A DNA stretch of 64,000 nt, from positions 960,001 through 1,024,000 of the forward strand of contig CAVRAL010000004.1 of assembly GCA_963719085.1 (NCBI GenBank). Reading direction: 5' to 3'. The position numbers and the translations under genes were made by a program. A model generated the notes under the pieces. The model worked only from the letters and a program-made list of their open reading frames with translations. It did no database searches and was not told where the DNA came from. Of this stretch, positions 20,292 through 30,713 are shown piece after piece. This DNA is from a candidate division FCPU426 bacterium. GTDB lineage: Bacteria; Oederibacteriota; Muellerivitia; Muellerivitales; Muellerivitaceae. Each line of letters begins with the position of its first letter. The first letter of the stretch is position 1.

Positions 20292-21263
20292 TCAGGCGGC
20301 GAAAGTTTCCTGGATGAATTTAATGTCCCCGGGCGTGAGGGGTTTGTCCGCGCCGGAAAGGTTCACCTGGACCTGATTCAAGTTGCGGAATCCCGGGATG
20401 ACGCAAGCCACTTGAGGGACCGCCAATAGATATTGCAAAGCCACCCGGGCCAAGTCTTTCACTTCGCTCCCAAAACGGGCCTTTAGTTTTTCAATCTTAG
20501 GCGTGACTTTCAAAAGGGCCTCCGACGTAAAACGCTGATCGCCCAGCCGGTGGTCGCCCGCCTCGAACTTAGGCGGGTTCTTGGGGTCGAACTTGCCCAA
20601 AAGCACCCCTTGATTCAGCGGCGAAAAGGCCACGAAGCTCATTTTCCTCTCTTCCAAAAGCTTTCGAACCGGGGAACCTTCCCGAATATATTGGTCATCC
20701 ATGATATTGGCCCAGCTTTGAAGCACGTCAGGCTGCACCTTGGGCACCAGGCGGGTGAAGTCGGCGGCCGAATAGGCGGATTGGCCGATGAGCCGGATTT
20801 TTCCCTCTTTCTTCAACTGGCGCATGACGGCCACGGCATCCTCCAAGTAGATGTCATTTTTGCCGAAGTCGCCGTGGTGGAAATAGTAAAGATCGATGGT
20901 TTCCCGTTGGAGGTTGATGAGGGACTGCTCGCATTGGTGGCGGATATGGGCGGGTTCATAAGCGTTCGCCGCGGTTCCCGGGAACCAACCGACTTTGGTG
21001 GCCAGGATCATTTTTTTCGAGCGGCCGCCCAAAACCCGGGCCAGCAGCTGCTCAGCCTTGCCGTTGCCGTAAACATCCGCGTTATCGAAATGGTTGACGC
21101 CTGAGTCCAGCGCGTGGTCCACGGCTTTTTTTACCTCGGCCTCATTCACGTCGGCCCAGCCATTCGGGCTGCCGTTGACCCAGTTGAGCCCGCCTAAGGT
21201 CCAACAGCCCAGGCTGATTTCCGAGACTTCGATGCCCGATGTTCCCAGCACGCGATAACGCAT
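20292..21263 (-). CDS. Aldo/keto reductase
   Basis: VSEISLGCW, FDNADVYGNG, ATKVG, IDLYYFH, GKIRLIG, SPLNQG, VIPG. Confidence 0.93.
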   Translation of the reverse strand: MRYRVLGTSGIEVSEISLGCWTLGGLNWVNGSPNGWADVNEAEVKKAVDHALDSGVNHFDNADVYGNGKAEQLLARVLGGRSKKMILATKVGWFPGTAANAYEPAHIRHQCEQSLINLQRETIDLYYFHHGDFGKNDIYLEDAVAVMRQLKKEGKIRLIGQSAYSAADFTRLVPKVQPDVLQSWANIMDDQYIREGSPVRKLLEERKMSFVAFSPLNQGVLLGKFDPKNPPKFEAGDHRLGDQRFTSEALLKVTPKIEKLKARFGSEVKDLARVALQYLLAVPQVACVIPGFRNLNQVQVNLSGADKPLTPGDIKFIQETFAA

Positions 21264-21451
21264 TCGATCTCCTAAAAGTGCAGTTTTTTTGCCTTGAGGG
21301 CTTCATGGTACCAAAGGGAAGCTCTCATTTCGACGAAAGTGGGTAATTTTTTCTCACCGGTCCCGGGCTATCTTTTTCGGTGCTTTGGGTTGGCGCCATT
21401 GTTGTTTTAAAATAAGACCAGTTTTTTTCATTAAACCCAGGAGCCGCCAAC

Positions 21452-21856
21452 ATGAAAAAGCGCTCGGAGTATAAAATCCTGATCGCGGAGGACGAGATTG
21501 GTATTCAAAAGGTCTACGAAAAAACATTCGCCCAAGAAGGCTATCAAACCGTCATGGCGGCAACCGGCGGGGAAGTCATGGCCGAATTGGCGGAAACCCG
21601 TTTCGACCTGCTTATTACCGACCTGAAGCTGGATCATACCAGCGCGCTGGAGGTATTGCCCTTTATCAGCAAACAGTATCCGAGCCTGCCGATCATCGTG
21701 GTATCCGGGCATTATGACCAGTTGGGGGATACTTTCAGCCGCAAGGGCTACAACATCCGGCTGTTCTTCAACAAGCCCTTGAGCACGAGCGTTCTGAAGA
21801 GCGCCGTGCGCAATCTTTTGGGCATTCCCGAGGATGTCCCGTCGGCGGAAGTTTGA
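21452..21856 (+). CDS. Single-domain response regulator (receiver), copy 1
   Basis: ILIAEDE, FDLLITD, IIVVSG, FNKP. Confidence 0.9.
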   Translation: MKKRSEYKILIAEDEIGIQKVYEKTFAQEGYQTVMAATGGEVMAELAETRFDLLITDLKLDHTSALEVLPFISKQYPSLPIIVVSGHYDQLGDTFSRKGYNIRLFFNKPLSTSVLKSAVRNLLGIPEDVPSAEV

Positions 21857-21994
21857 ACCGGATTGAACCGGGTCATTTCGGGAGTCCTGGGTTCTTTTTT
21901 CCCAAAAATGACCCGATTTTGTCGGTTTCCCTGATTTCAAATTGGCACATGGCTTGCTTTATCTAAAGGTGATTCACATCAAACTTTAGGGAGT

Positions 21995-22414
21995 ATGGCC
22001 ATGAAGAAGATATCCGATTTCCGTATTTTAATCGCTGAGGACGAAGCCGGCATCCGCCGGGTTTATGAGAAGGCTTTCGCCGAGGATGGTTATGAAATCG
22101 TGATGGCCACTTCGGGCGGGGAAGTCATGGCCGAATTGGAAGAAAGCCGTTTCGATCTTTTGATCTCCGACTTGAAGCTGGAACACACCAGCGCCTTGGA
22201 CGTGCTGCCTTATATCCGCAAGCAGCATCCGAACCTTCCGATCATCATCGTGTCGGGCCATTACGCCCAATTGAGCGAGGATTTTAAAAGACGGGGTTAC
22301 AACGTGAAGATGTTCTTCAACAAGCCCTTGAGCTTGAATGTGCTGCGCGAAGCCGTCCGCGAAATCCTGGGAATTCCGGAAGAAGCCGAATCGAAGAAGC
22401 CGTCATTCTTTTAA
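21995..22414 (+). CDS. Single-domain response regulator (receiver), copy 2
   Basis: ILIAEDE, FDLLISD, IIIVSG, FNKP; paralog of the upstream gene. Confidence 0.9.
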   Translation: MAMKKISDFRILIAEDEAGIRRVYEKAFAEDGYEIVMATSGGEVMAELEESRFDLLISDLKLEHTSALDVLPYIRKQHPNLPIIIVSGHYAQLSEDFKRRGYNVKMFFNKPLSLNVLREAVREILGIPEEAESKKPSFF

Positions 22415-22446
22415 GAACTTCCGGCAAAATTAAAAGGCACTTGAGC

Positions 22447-22529
22447 AATGATGGACGTTGATCAACACGGATTTTTATGAAACATGGGATTGGATCATTT
22501 TTTATCGGCGTTCATCTGCGGTTATCATT
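22447..22529. repeat. Palindromic intergenic element, copy 2
   Basis: AATGATGGACGTTGATCAACACGGAT ... ATCGGCGTTCATCTGCGGTTATCATT; same end motifs as 8648-8810. Confidence 0.55.
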
Positions 22530-22560
22530 ACTGAAAAGGTTTTTGTTAAAGGTTTAGAAC

Positions 22561-23502
22561 TTAAATATGGGCGGCTCTCGTTAGGCGGTCATTGATCGCT
22601 CGGCCCAAGCCTTGTTGGGGAACCCGAAGGGCCACAATTTGATCCAGCCCCAACTCATCCAACCGGCGCATGGCCGCGAAAAGATTGGAAGCGGCTTCGC
22701 GCAAGTCCCCGCTGGAAGATAAAATCTCAACCGCCTGGAAGGGCGAAAAATCAGAGGGCGGGCCGAGCGAAAGCAGGCCCGTTTTTTTATTTTTATCCAG
22801 TTCGGGTATCCGCTCGGCCAGCGCCAAGGGCGTCCGGGGCGCGTAATGACTTTCCAATTGTCCCGGCGCTTGGGGCGCTGCGGAGCTATGGCCGCCCACG
22901 CTCACCGGGCCGATGACCGCCTCAATGTCCTCCAAAGACAATCCGCCGGGTCTTAGAAGGACCGGCGCTTCGCCCGTGAACGAAATGACCGTTGATTCCA
23001 CCCCCACGGAACAGGGGCCTCCATCCAAAATCAAATCAATCTTATCACCCAAGGACCGGCGCACATGCTGGGCGGTGGTGGGACTGATGCCGCCAAAAAG
23101 ATTGGCGCTGGGCGCGGCCAAGGGCCGGCCAGAGGCGAGGATTAACTCTAAGGCTAAGGGGTGATTCGGAACCCGTAAGGCCACCGAAGGAAGCGACGAG
23201 GTGACCAAGTCGGGGATGACGGGCCCTTTAGGAAGGACCAGGGTTAAGGGTCCGGGCCAAAATTTTTCCGCCAGTTTGAGCGCGGCTTGGGGAAACCGGG
23301 TCACCAGAATTTCCGCTTGCCGCAAATCCGACACATGCACGATGAGGGGGTCAAATTGGGGGCGGTTTTTGACCTCAAACACCCGGGCCACGGCTAAAGG
23401 ATTGGTCGCGTCGGCGCCCAGGCCGTAAACCGTTTCGGTCGGGAACGCCACCAACCCGCCGTCCTGGATGATTCGCGCGGCTTTTTGGATTTCGGAGTTC
23501 AA
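22561..23502 (-). CDS. sua5: L-threonylcarbamoyladenylate synthase, Sua5-type
   Basis: VAFPTETVYGLGA, KNRP, FWPGPLT, APSAN, GVESTV, Sua5 linker APGQLESHYAP, AINDRL. Confidence 0.93.
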   Translation of the reverse strand: MNSEIQKAARIIQDGGLVAFPTETVYGLGADATNPLAVARVFEVKNRPQFDPLIVHVSDLRQAEILVTRFPQAALKLAEKFWPGPLTLVLPKGPVIPDLVTSSLPSVALRVPNHPLALELILASGRPLAAPSANLFGGISPTTAQHVRRSLGDKIDLILDGGPCSVGVESTVISFTGEAPVLLRPGGLSLEDIEAVIGPVSVGGHSSAAPQAPGQLESHYAPRTPLALAERIPELDKNKKTGLLSLGPPSDFSPFQAVEILSSSGDLREAASNLFAAMRRLDELGLDQIVALRVPQQGLGRAINDRLTRAAHI

Positions 23503-23541
23503 GGGGGAGCTTTCGATTTTACTGAAAATAAAGCCTCGCGC

Positions 23542-26364
23542 TCAGCCCGTGTTCTTCAGGCCGGCGGCGATGCCGTTGATGGTCAAAAGGATGGCGTCTT
23601 CCAAGTGGGACTTTTCTTCCTCGGACGGGTTGTTGCGGGCCCGGCGAAGCAGCTCAATCTGGATGAAGCTCAAAGGGTCGATGTAGGGATTGCGCAGTTT
23701 GATGGAATGGGAAAGGTCCGGCTCCCGTTCCAACAACTCACGGACCTGGGATACCTGGCAGATCACCCCGACCGTGCGGTTATATTCACCCTCAATACGG
23801 CCGAAAATTTCCCGGCCCAAAGCCTGGTCCGGGACGAGTTCGGCGTAGCGGCGCGCGATATCCATGTCGGCCTTGGCCAAAATCATTTGGGCGTTATCCA
23901 AGAGCCTTTGGAAGAAGGGCCATTGGTTATACATTTCCTGCAGGGTGGCCAGGCCTTGCGGGTCGGTTTTCAAATAGTCCTCAATGGCGGTGCCGATGCC
24001 GAACCAACCTTGAATGGTATGGCGGCTTTGCATCCAACTAAAGACCCAGGGAATGGCCCGAAGGTCGTCGATGCTGCGTTTGGCGCCCCGGCTCGCCGGG
24101 CGGCTGGCGATGCGGTGCTGGCTGATCTCGTTGATGGGCGTGGCCGCGCTGAAATATTCCAAGAACCGGGGATGGTCGTAAATGAGGCCCCGGTACATTT
24201 TGTAGGAAGTCTGCGCCAGTTTTTCCAACACCTGTTCCCAGGTGCGGCGCGGCACCACTTCCCGGGGCGGGAAAGACCCGCGGAGGACGGCGTTCACGAT
24301 TTGTTCTAAATGGCCCCGGGCGTTGTCCGGTTCGCTGTAAAGGTCGCTGATCACTTCGCCTTGCTCCGTGATCTTGATGCTGCCCCGGATGGTGCGGGGC
24401 GGCTGGGCCAAAATCGCTTTGTTGGCCGGGCCGCCGCCGCGGCCGATACTGCCGCCGCGGCCGTGAAAAAGTTTTAAGGCCACCACATGATTGTCCGCCA
24501 CCCGCACCAACTCCACTTGGGCGCGGTAGAGGGCCCAGTTGGCGGCCAAGTAGCCGCCTTCCTTGTTGGAGTCGCTGTAGCCCAACATGACTTCCTGCTG
24601 GTTGTTCCTGAATTCCAAGTGCTTGCGATAAATCGGGATGTTGAAAAGCTGGTCCAAAAATTGGCCCGCGTTCCTTAAATCCAGGCTGGTTTCCAATAGC
24701 GGCACCACGTTGATGCGGCTATAGGAATCGGGTTTGAAAAGCCCGGCCTCGCGGAAGAATAAAAGAACCGCCAGGACATCGCTGATGTTTTTGGTCATGG
24801 AAATAATGTAGCTTTCGGTGGCCTGGGGATCGAGGTTTTCCAACACATGGTTGGCCATGCGGAAAGTCTCGATGGTCTCCAAGGTTTCCGGGGTGAAGGG
24901 CGTGCGTTCGGGGATCAGGGGGCGGTTGCTTTCCAATTCCTTGACGAGGAGCTCAATCTTTTTTTCCTCCGGCAAGCCGGCGTAATCCTCGGCCAGACCC
25001 ACATACTTGAATATCTCGGCGATGGCCGACGTGTGGCGGCCGCTATGCTGGCGCAAGTCTAATTTGGCCAATTGCAGGCCGAAGACCTGGACCCGGGTGC
25101 GGATGTCTTCCAAAAAGCCGTCGGCCAAGGCGGTGCCCTTATGGGCGCGCAGGCTCTCGTCCATCACCTCCAAGTCCTCCAGCAGATGGCCCATATGGGC
25201 GTACCAGCTTCCGGGTGCCAGGGAGTTTTCGGCGCCGGTGCCCGTGGTTTTGTAATTTTCGGTATAAGCCAGGGTTCTTTGCAATTTCTCGAAAATGAAA
25301 CTGCATTTTTGGCGGTACATCTCATTGGGCGTGCGCTGGTTTAGGCGGTCCGCCAGCTCGGGGAAAAGCAAAGAGTCCAGTTCCAAGGATTGGCGCAAAC
25401 GGTCGCTGATGGGAACCTGGCGGCAGGAGGAACTGAGCCGGTCGCTCAAAAGCTCCATCGACGTGGAGTAATACTGCAGGGCGCAGCGGCGCATGATTTT
25501 GAGCGTGTCCACGGTGACTTCGGGCGTGACAAAGGGGTTTCCATCCCGATCCCCGCCCATCCAGGAACCAAAAGCCAGGAAAGGCCTGGATTCCCAGGGG
25601 GTTTTGGAAAATTCCTCTTTCAGCGACTTTTCCAGGTCCCGGTAAAGTTTGGGCACGATTTTAAAGAGGGTTTCCTCGAAATAATAAAGATGGCCTTTCA
25701 CCTCGTCCAAAACATCGGGGCGAAATTGGCGGATCTCATCGGTTTGCCAAAGCGAGACCAGTTCTTCCACGATATGCTGCATCAGTTCCTGACGCTCTTC
25801 CGGCAAGGCGTCCTCGCTGGTCATACGCCGGGCGGACTTGGCGATGCGGTGCAGTTTTTCCAGCGTGGTCGGCCGCTTGGATTCGGTTGGGTGAGCGGTA
25901 AAGACCATGGTGATCCGGGCCGTATCCAAAAGGCCCTGAATTTTTTTGGGGGGAATCCCCTGTTTGCGCAAGGTTTGGACGGCGGCGGGAATGGAGCCTT
26001 CCCGTTTGGCCTGGGGGTCTTTCAGGACAATCTCGCGGGCTTGGTGGCTCTGGTCGAGTTTTTCCGCCAGGTTGATCAAACCAAAATAATGGGTGAAGGC
26101 CTTCGTCAGCTGGTTGAGCTTGTCGACCGAAAGTTTCGAGAAAATTTGATTGAGCGATTCCACGATGGCCGGGGAAGGCTGGGTACGGAGGTCCTTGCAA
26201 AGGATGCGCACCTTTTCCACCCGCGAAAGGGTTTCAGGGCCTTCTTGGTCGGAAATGACTTGGCCCAAGGTGCCGGCGAGGATCCGAACCAAATGGGGCA
26301 GGGCATAGGGATCCGATTGAGGAATGGAATTGAGGCCGAGTTGTTTAATTTCTTCTTGGAACAT
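23542..26364 (-). CDS. ppc: Phosphoenolpyruvate carboxylase
   Basis: VFTAHPTE, WMGGDRDGNP, QEVMLGYSDSNK, FHGRGGSIGRGGG, LRAIPWVFSW, IAAGLKNTG. Confidence 0.97.
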   Translation of the reverse strand: MFQEEIKQLGLNSIPQSDPYALPHLVRILAGTLGQVISDQEGPETLSRVEKVRILCKDLRTQPSPAIVESLNQIFSKLSVDKLNQLTKAFTHYFGLINLAEKLDQSHQAREIVLKDPQAKREGSIPAAVQTLRKQGIPPKKIQGLLDTARITMVFTAHPTESKRPTTLEKLHRIAKSARRMTSEDALPEERQELMQHIVEELVSLWQTDEIRQFRPDVLDEVKGHLYYFEETLFKIVPKLYRDLEKSLKEEFSKTPWESRPFLAFGSWMGGDRDGNPFVTPEVTVDTLKIMRRCALQYYSTSMELLSDRLSSSCRQVPISDRLRQSLELDSLLFPELADRLNQRTPNEMYRQKCSFIFEKLQRTLAYTENYKTTGTGAENSLAPGSWYAHMGHLLEDLEVMDESLRAHKGTALADGFLEDIRTRVQVFGLQLAKLDLRQHSGRHTSAIAEIFKYVGLAEDYAGLPEEKKIELLVKELESNRPLIPERTPFTPETLETIETFRMANHVLENLDPQATESYIISMTKNISDVLAVLLFFREAGLFKPDSYSRINVVPLLETSLDLRNAGQFLDQLFNIPIYRKHLEFRNNQQEVMLGYSDSNKEGGYLAANWALYRAQVELVRVADNHVVALKLFHGRGGSIGRGGGPANKAILAQPPRTIRGSIKITEQGEVISDLYSEPDNARGHLEQIVNAVLRGSFPPREVVPRRTWEQVLEKLAQTSYKMYRGLIYDHPRFLEYFSAATPINEISQHRIASRPASRGAKRSIDDLRAIPWVFSWMQSRHTIQGWFGIGTAIEDYLKTDPQGLATLQEMYNQWPFFQRLLDNAQMILAKADMDIARRYAELVPDQALGREIFGRIEGEYNRTVGVICQVSQVRELLEREPDLSHSIKLRNPYIDPLSFIQIELLRRARNNPSEEEKSHLEDAILLTINGIAAGLKNTG

Positions 26365-26549
26365 ATTTTTTTCCAGTACTTAAATAAAGCCCCCGCCCTA
26401 AAGGGCGTTTCCATTTAAAAAGCTAAGGCTCTTTAAAGGGTGGTCCTCTAAAGGGGATTCCCGTAATTAAAGCTTCTGTCATTTTTAAAGGGTCAGCCGA
26501 CCACCCAATAAAAAGCGCCAGCTTTATATTACGGAAGTCCCTTCAGGGA

Positions 26550-27041
26550 TTACGCCAGCTTTTCCGCCAGGATCTTTGCCGCTTGGTCCTCGCGGAATTT
26601 TTTTAACTTGGCTTTTAAGTCGGAATCTTGGGTCGCCAAGATGGCAATGGCTAAAAGAGCGGCGTTGACCGCCCCGGCCTTGCCGATGGCGAAGGTTCCC
26701 ACGGGAATCCCCGCGGGCATTTGAACTGTCGAAAGAAGGGAGTCCAAACCGTCCAATTTACTTTCCATCGGGACGCCCAGAACGGGTAACAGGGTATGGG
26801 CCGCGCAGACGCCGGCTAAATGCGCCGCGCCGCCGGCCGCCGCGATCACGACCTTCACGCCCCGGCCTTCGGCGCCCGAGACATACTCGGAGGTCTGGTG
26901 GGGGGTTCGATGGGCGGATAAGACCCGGCTTTCATGGGCGACGCCAAATTGGGTCAGCGTGTCGGAAGCGTTTTTCATGACTTCCCAGTCGCTTTTACTT
27001 CCCATCAAAATGTTCACTAGAAGTGGGGTATTCGCGGTCAT
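26550..27041 (-). CDS. purE: N5-carboxyaminoimidazole ribonucleotide mutase
   Basis: [36 protein letters not shown]; start at ATG 27041 (the track ORF over-extends). Confidence 0.95.
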   Translation of the reverse strand: MTANTPLLVNILMGSKSDWEVMKNASDTLTQFGVAHESRVLSAHRTPHQTSEYVSGAEGRGVKVVIAAAGGAAHLAGVCAAHTLLPVLGVPMESKLDGLDSLLSTVQMPAGIPVGTFAIGKAGAVNAALLAIAILATQDSDLKAKLKKFREDQAAKILAEKLA

Positions 27042-27182
27042 TCCAAAAGCCTTTCGTTGGTGGAATCCACTAAAATCCCACTGAGTTTCGCCTGGGACGG
27101 GAAAAAATGCAACTGCGCAGAGGGGTTGGGGGCGATGAACTTCCATCTTTCGCGCTTCCTGGCCCTGCTGTAGAATGCCTCC

Positions 27183-27893
27183 ATGGAAACAACCCTTATG
27201 ACCAGTCAAACCTTTATCTTGATCTACAAGGCCATCACCCAAGGGCTCATCATCGGTTTTTGCACCGCGGCCCTGATCGGCCCCATTAACTTCATGGCGG
27301 TGCGCCGGGGCATTATGGGTGGGTTCCCGCAGACCTTCCTCGTTGGGGCAGGCGCGGCCTTGATTGACGCCACTTGCGCTTACGCGGTGTTCGCCGGCTT
27401 GTTAAAAGAGGGTTTTTCAGGGCTTTGGAAGATCATTTTGTGGGGCATTTGCGTGGTCTTCCTCTTATATATGGCCTATGCCTTCTTAAATGAAGTCCGG
27501 GATAACCCGGAAATCATGGAAAACTCCAAGGTCCAGCGTCAGACCCAGTTCGTGGATAACTCCTTCTTTATGGGATTACTTTTAGCCGGCAGTAATCCCT
27601 TCACCCTCATCTATTGGATCGGGATGGTCAGTACCCTTCAGTTGTCGGGCAATATCGATTTAACCGGGGGGGCGGCCACCTCTTTTTTCTCGGCGATCCT
27701 GGTCAGTGAACTGGTTTGGTTTTCCTGCCTAGGGGTGGGGGTGCATTACAGCCGGAATCTTTTCAACCGTAATATTCTGAAGGTCATTACCTGGTTCTCC
27801 GGCATCTTGCTCATTTTCTATTGTTGTTTCATGGCCGTGAAGGTGTTCATGAACCTGGTGCACACCGGCGGCACCCCCTTTATCAACCCCTGA
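27183..27893 (+). CDS. LysE family transporter
   Basis: [21 protein letters not shown]; about six TM helices. Confidence 0.85.
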   Translation: METTLMTSQTFILIYKAITQGLIIGFCTAALIGPINFMAVRRGIMGGFPQTFLVGAGAALIDATCAYAVFAGLLKEGFSGLWKIILWGICVVFLLYMAYAFLNEVRDNPEIMENSKVQRQTQFVDNSFFMGLLLAGSNPFTLIYWIGMVSTLQLSGNIDLTGGAATSFFSAILVSELVWFSCLGVGVHYSRNLFNRNILKVITWFSGILLIFYCCFMAVKVFMNLVHTGGTPFINP

Positions 27894-27962
27894 CAAAAGG
27901 CAATTTTAAGTCGAAACATTCCAGAACTTAAAACGCATAACTTCGAACTCAAAACTATTATG

Positions 27963-28142
27963 TTAATCCTGTTCCCGGCCGACCTCAAATTCCTCAAGCT
28001 CGCCCTGCCGGACCCGGGCTTTTAACGTAATGGGACGGCAGCAATTCTCGCAGTCCGTGGTCCATTCTTGAAGCCCGGAGACCGGATCCAGGGGCGAGAA
28101 GTTGGGATGGCCGCAATAGGGGCACTCGAATTCAAGATTCAT
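27963..28142 (-). CDS. CPXCG motif-containing cysteine-rich small protein (59 aa), absent from the ORF track
   Basis: Manual translation MNLEFECPYCGHPNFSPLDPVSGLQEWTTDCENCCRPITLKARVRQGELEEFEVGREQD. Confidence 0.85.
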   Translation of the reverse strand: MNLEFECPYCGHPNFSPLDPVSGLQEWTTDCENCCRPITLKARVRQGELEEFEVGREQD

Positions 28143-28167
28143 TTTTTCCGCCGGTAAGTAAAAGGGG

Positions 28168-28827
28168 TTAGTAGGTAGGCGAGGGTTGGATCAGCGGATC
28201 GCCGTTGAAAAAGCGGTCGAAGTTGACGATATCCAAACTGTCCATCGAATCCGGGTCGCCGGTTTGGACCAGGCTCCCGGCTTTCCAGTCCCAAACGGAG
28301 GCGTCGGCATTGAAGTGATGCTCGCCATCCTTATCAAAGACGCTGATCTTCCCCCGGATGTGTTGGACCTGAAGATGGTCCTGGACGGGGTCATAAGAAA
28401 TGATCAGCTGCGAGTTGGCCAGCGAGGTCACCACCGATCCGGTATGAATCTCAAAATAACTTTGTTGGGACGAGGAGTCGTTGGCCTTCAACAAAAGGGT
28501 CCCGTGCTTGAGGATGATCCGGATTTCCCGGTCCCCGCCTTCCTGATCCAATTGGTCGAAAGCGGCCTGGGTGCCGCCTGAAAAGCCGATCTCGTCCCCC
28601 TTGTGGGTTTTCACGATGGCCCAGCTTTTGTCGTAGACGGTCACCGCGTCGCCTTCTTCCACGATGCTACCGGTTTGAAGGGCCGTGGCGGGGGAACCGT
28701 CGGCTTTTTCGACCATGATGGTGCCGTCCAGCTGCTTCACCGCGGCGTCCTTGTAAACGGTGGACGCTCCCACGAAGGAAGGGAGAAGGATCAGGCCCAA
28801 TAAAAAGGCGATAGTTGAGCGAAGCAT
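28168..28827 (-). CDS. Secreted FecR-like domain protein
   Basis: Signal peptide, RBS AAGGAG, beta-rich LQTGSIVEEGDAVTV...LKHGTL...FEIHTGS pattern. Confidence 0.65.
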   Translation of the reverse strand: MLRSTIAFLLGLILLPSFVGASTVYKDAAVKQLDGTIMVEKADGSPATALQTGSIVEEGDAVTVYDKSWAIVKTHKGDEIGFSGGTQAAFDQLDQEGGDREIRIILKHGTLLLKANDSSSQQSYFEIHTGSVVTSLANSQLIISYDPVQDHLQVQHIRGKISVFDKDGEHHFNADASVWDWKAGSLVQTGDPDSMDSLDIVNFDRFFNGDPLIQPSPTY

Positions 28828-28973
28828 GAAAAGCTCCTTAAAATGAGAGGACTTAAAAATTGCCGGATTCTACCGATGGCATCAGTTTAACTTTTTTTGC
28901 TTTCCCGGTAAAGGTTTAGCGGCTGGGTGTGGTGAAATAGGCCGGGAGTTTGAGCGTGAATAAAGGAGAACAA

Positions 28974-30713
28974 ATGCGATCTGTCCCTGTGGCCCTCATC
29001 ACCGGTTGTTCCACCGGCATTGGATATGAGGCTGCCCTTAGGCTCGCCCGAAAGGGGTTTGTGGTTTTCGCGACCATGCGCGATCTGACGAAGGCGGGCC
29101 CTTTGAAAAGGGACGCCCAGGGCCTGGACCTTCGTTTCCTTCAACTCGACGTGGACAAGCCGGCCTCAGCGCGCCGGGCTGTGGCCAAGGTCATCGCCCA
29201 GGCCGGGCAAATTGATCTTCTCATTAACAACGCCGGCTATGGCGCCTTTGGGGCTTTGGAGGATTTCACCGACGCCGAAATCAAGGCCCAATATCAAACC
29301 AATGTTTTGGGTTTGACGCGGGTGACCCGCGAGGTTCTGCCCTTTATGCGCGCGCGCCGCTTGGGCCGAATCATTCATATCGGGTCCTTGGCCGGAAAAA
29401 TGACCTTCGCCGGGATCGGTCTTTATTGTTCCAGTAAACACGCGGTGGAAGCCGTGACGGAGTCCTTGCGGATGGAAACGCGCCCCTTCGGTGTTCAGGT
29501 GGCCGTGGTGGAACCGGGCTCCATGAATACCGCGTTCAAGGCGAACCGGCGGAAGAACGGCGTCTTTCAAAAAGGGAAATCGGCTTATCAGGGAAGCCTT
29601 CAAAAGATCCTCGATTTCGGAAACGAGCAATCGGCCCGGGCGCCGGGCGCCTCCCAGGTGGTGGACGTTTTGGAAAAAGCGATCGGAGACAAGGTGATGA
29701 AAACCCGCTACCCGGTGGGGTTTGACGCTTTCGTTTATCCCTTGATCCGATGGGGAATGCCCGAAGTGCTCTGGGATCATTTGATGCGCCGGGTGGATGA
29801 AAAGTTTAAGGCCGGGACGTCCTTGAAAAAAGCGGCGCTTTCGAGCGCGCCGGCCAGCGCGCCGGTCGCCCTCGTGACCGGCGCCACATCGGGATTTGGT
29901 TTGGAGACGGCCAAACTGCTCGCTCAAAACGGCTTTCGGGTTTACGGGACCTATCGAAATCCCCACAAACTGGACGCCCTGAGAGCCTTGGCCCAGGAAA
30001 ACTCAAACCTGTTTCCGCTTTTTATGGACGTGACGCGGCCCTTGACGGTCACCCAAGGAGTGGCCCGCCTGATCCAAAAAGAAAAACGTTTGGATCTTTT
30101 AGTGAACAACGCGGGGTTCGTCATGGCCGGGTTTCTCGAGGAGCTGTCCGACGAGGAACTGGCCGGCCAGTTTGAGACCAATGTCTTCGGTCTCTTGCGG
30201 GTGACCCGGGCGGTTTTGCCCGTGATGCGCCGCCAACAGAGCGGAAAAATCGTGAATGTGGGAAGTATCTCGGGCCGGGTTTCGTTCCCCGGGCTGGGCG
30301 CCTACGCGGCGTCCAAATTCGCCGTGCGCTCCTTGAACGAAGGCCTGCGGCAGGAAGCGCGGCCCTTCGGCGTTCAAGTTTGTGAAATCGCGCCGGGGTC
30401 CTATGGCACCCAGGTCTTGAACTCGACCCGTTACGGGGCTAAGGTCAAGGCTTCCGGATCGCCCTATCAAGGTTTTACGCTCCAAATGGAAGCGTTGGTA
30501 AAAAAAGAATTCGCCAAGGGCCGCGACCCGAAAGAAGTGGCCGAGCTCATCCTCAAAGCCGCGCGAAGCGCGTCGCCCCGGCCGGTTTACTTGGCGGGGC
30601 CGGACGCGAAATTTATGAACTTGATGAAATGGCTGCTGCCGGACGCGGTTTGGGAGTGGGGTTTAAAAAAGATTTTTACTTGGAGCCGGACTCCGGTTGA
30701 GCCGAAGGATTGA
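28974..30713 (+). CDS. Tandem double short-chain dehydrogenase/reductase
   Basis: Two domains, each with TGxxxGxG, NNAG and YxxxK (YCSSK, YAASK); RBS AAGGAG before ATG 28974. Confidence 0.9.
   Translation: MRSVPVALITGCSTGIGYEAALRLARKGFVVFATMRDLTKAGPLKRDAQGLDLRFLQLDVDKPASARRAVAKVIAQAGQIDLLINNAGYGAFGALEDFTDAEIKAQYQTNVLGLTRVTREVLPFMRARRLGRIIHIGSLAGKMTFAGIGLYCSSKHAVEAVTESLRMETRPFGVQVAVVEPGSMNTAFKANRRKNGVFQKGKSAYQGSLQKILDFGNEQSARAPGASQVVDVLEKAIGDKVMKTRYPVGFDAFVYPLIRWGMPEVLWDHLMRRVDEKFKAGTSLKKAALSSAPASAPVALVTGATSGFGLETAKLLAQNGFRVYGTYRNPHKLDALRALAQENSNLFPLFMDVTRPLTVTQGVARLIQKEKRLDLLVNNAGFVMAGFLEELSDEELAGQFETNVFGLLRVTRAVLPVMRRQQSGKIVNVGSISGRVSFPGLGAYAASKFAVRSLNEGLRQEARPFGVQVCEIAPGSYGTQVLNSTRYGAKVKASGSPYQGFTLQMEALVKKEFAKGRDPKEVAELILKAARSASPRPVYLAGPDAKFMNLMKWLLPDAVWEWGLKKIFTWSRTPVEPKD

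Noticed and set aside
26434..26456. TAAAGGG repeat upstream of ppc as another OmpR box
   Set aside because: Period is 15 bp, not 11
27042..27242. N-terminal extension of PurE in the ORF track
   Set aside because: Overlaps the divergent LysE gene; PurE homology starts at ATG 27041
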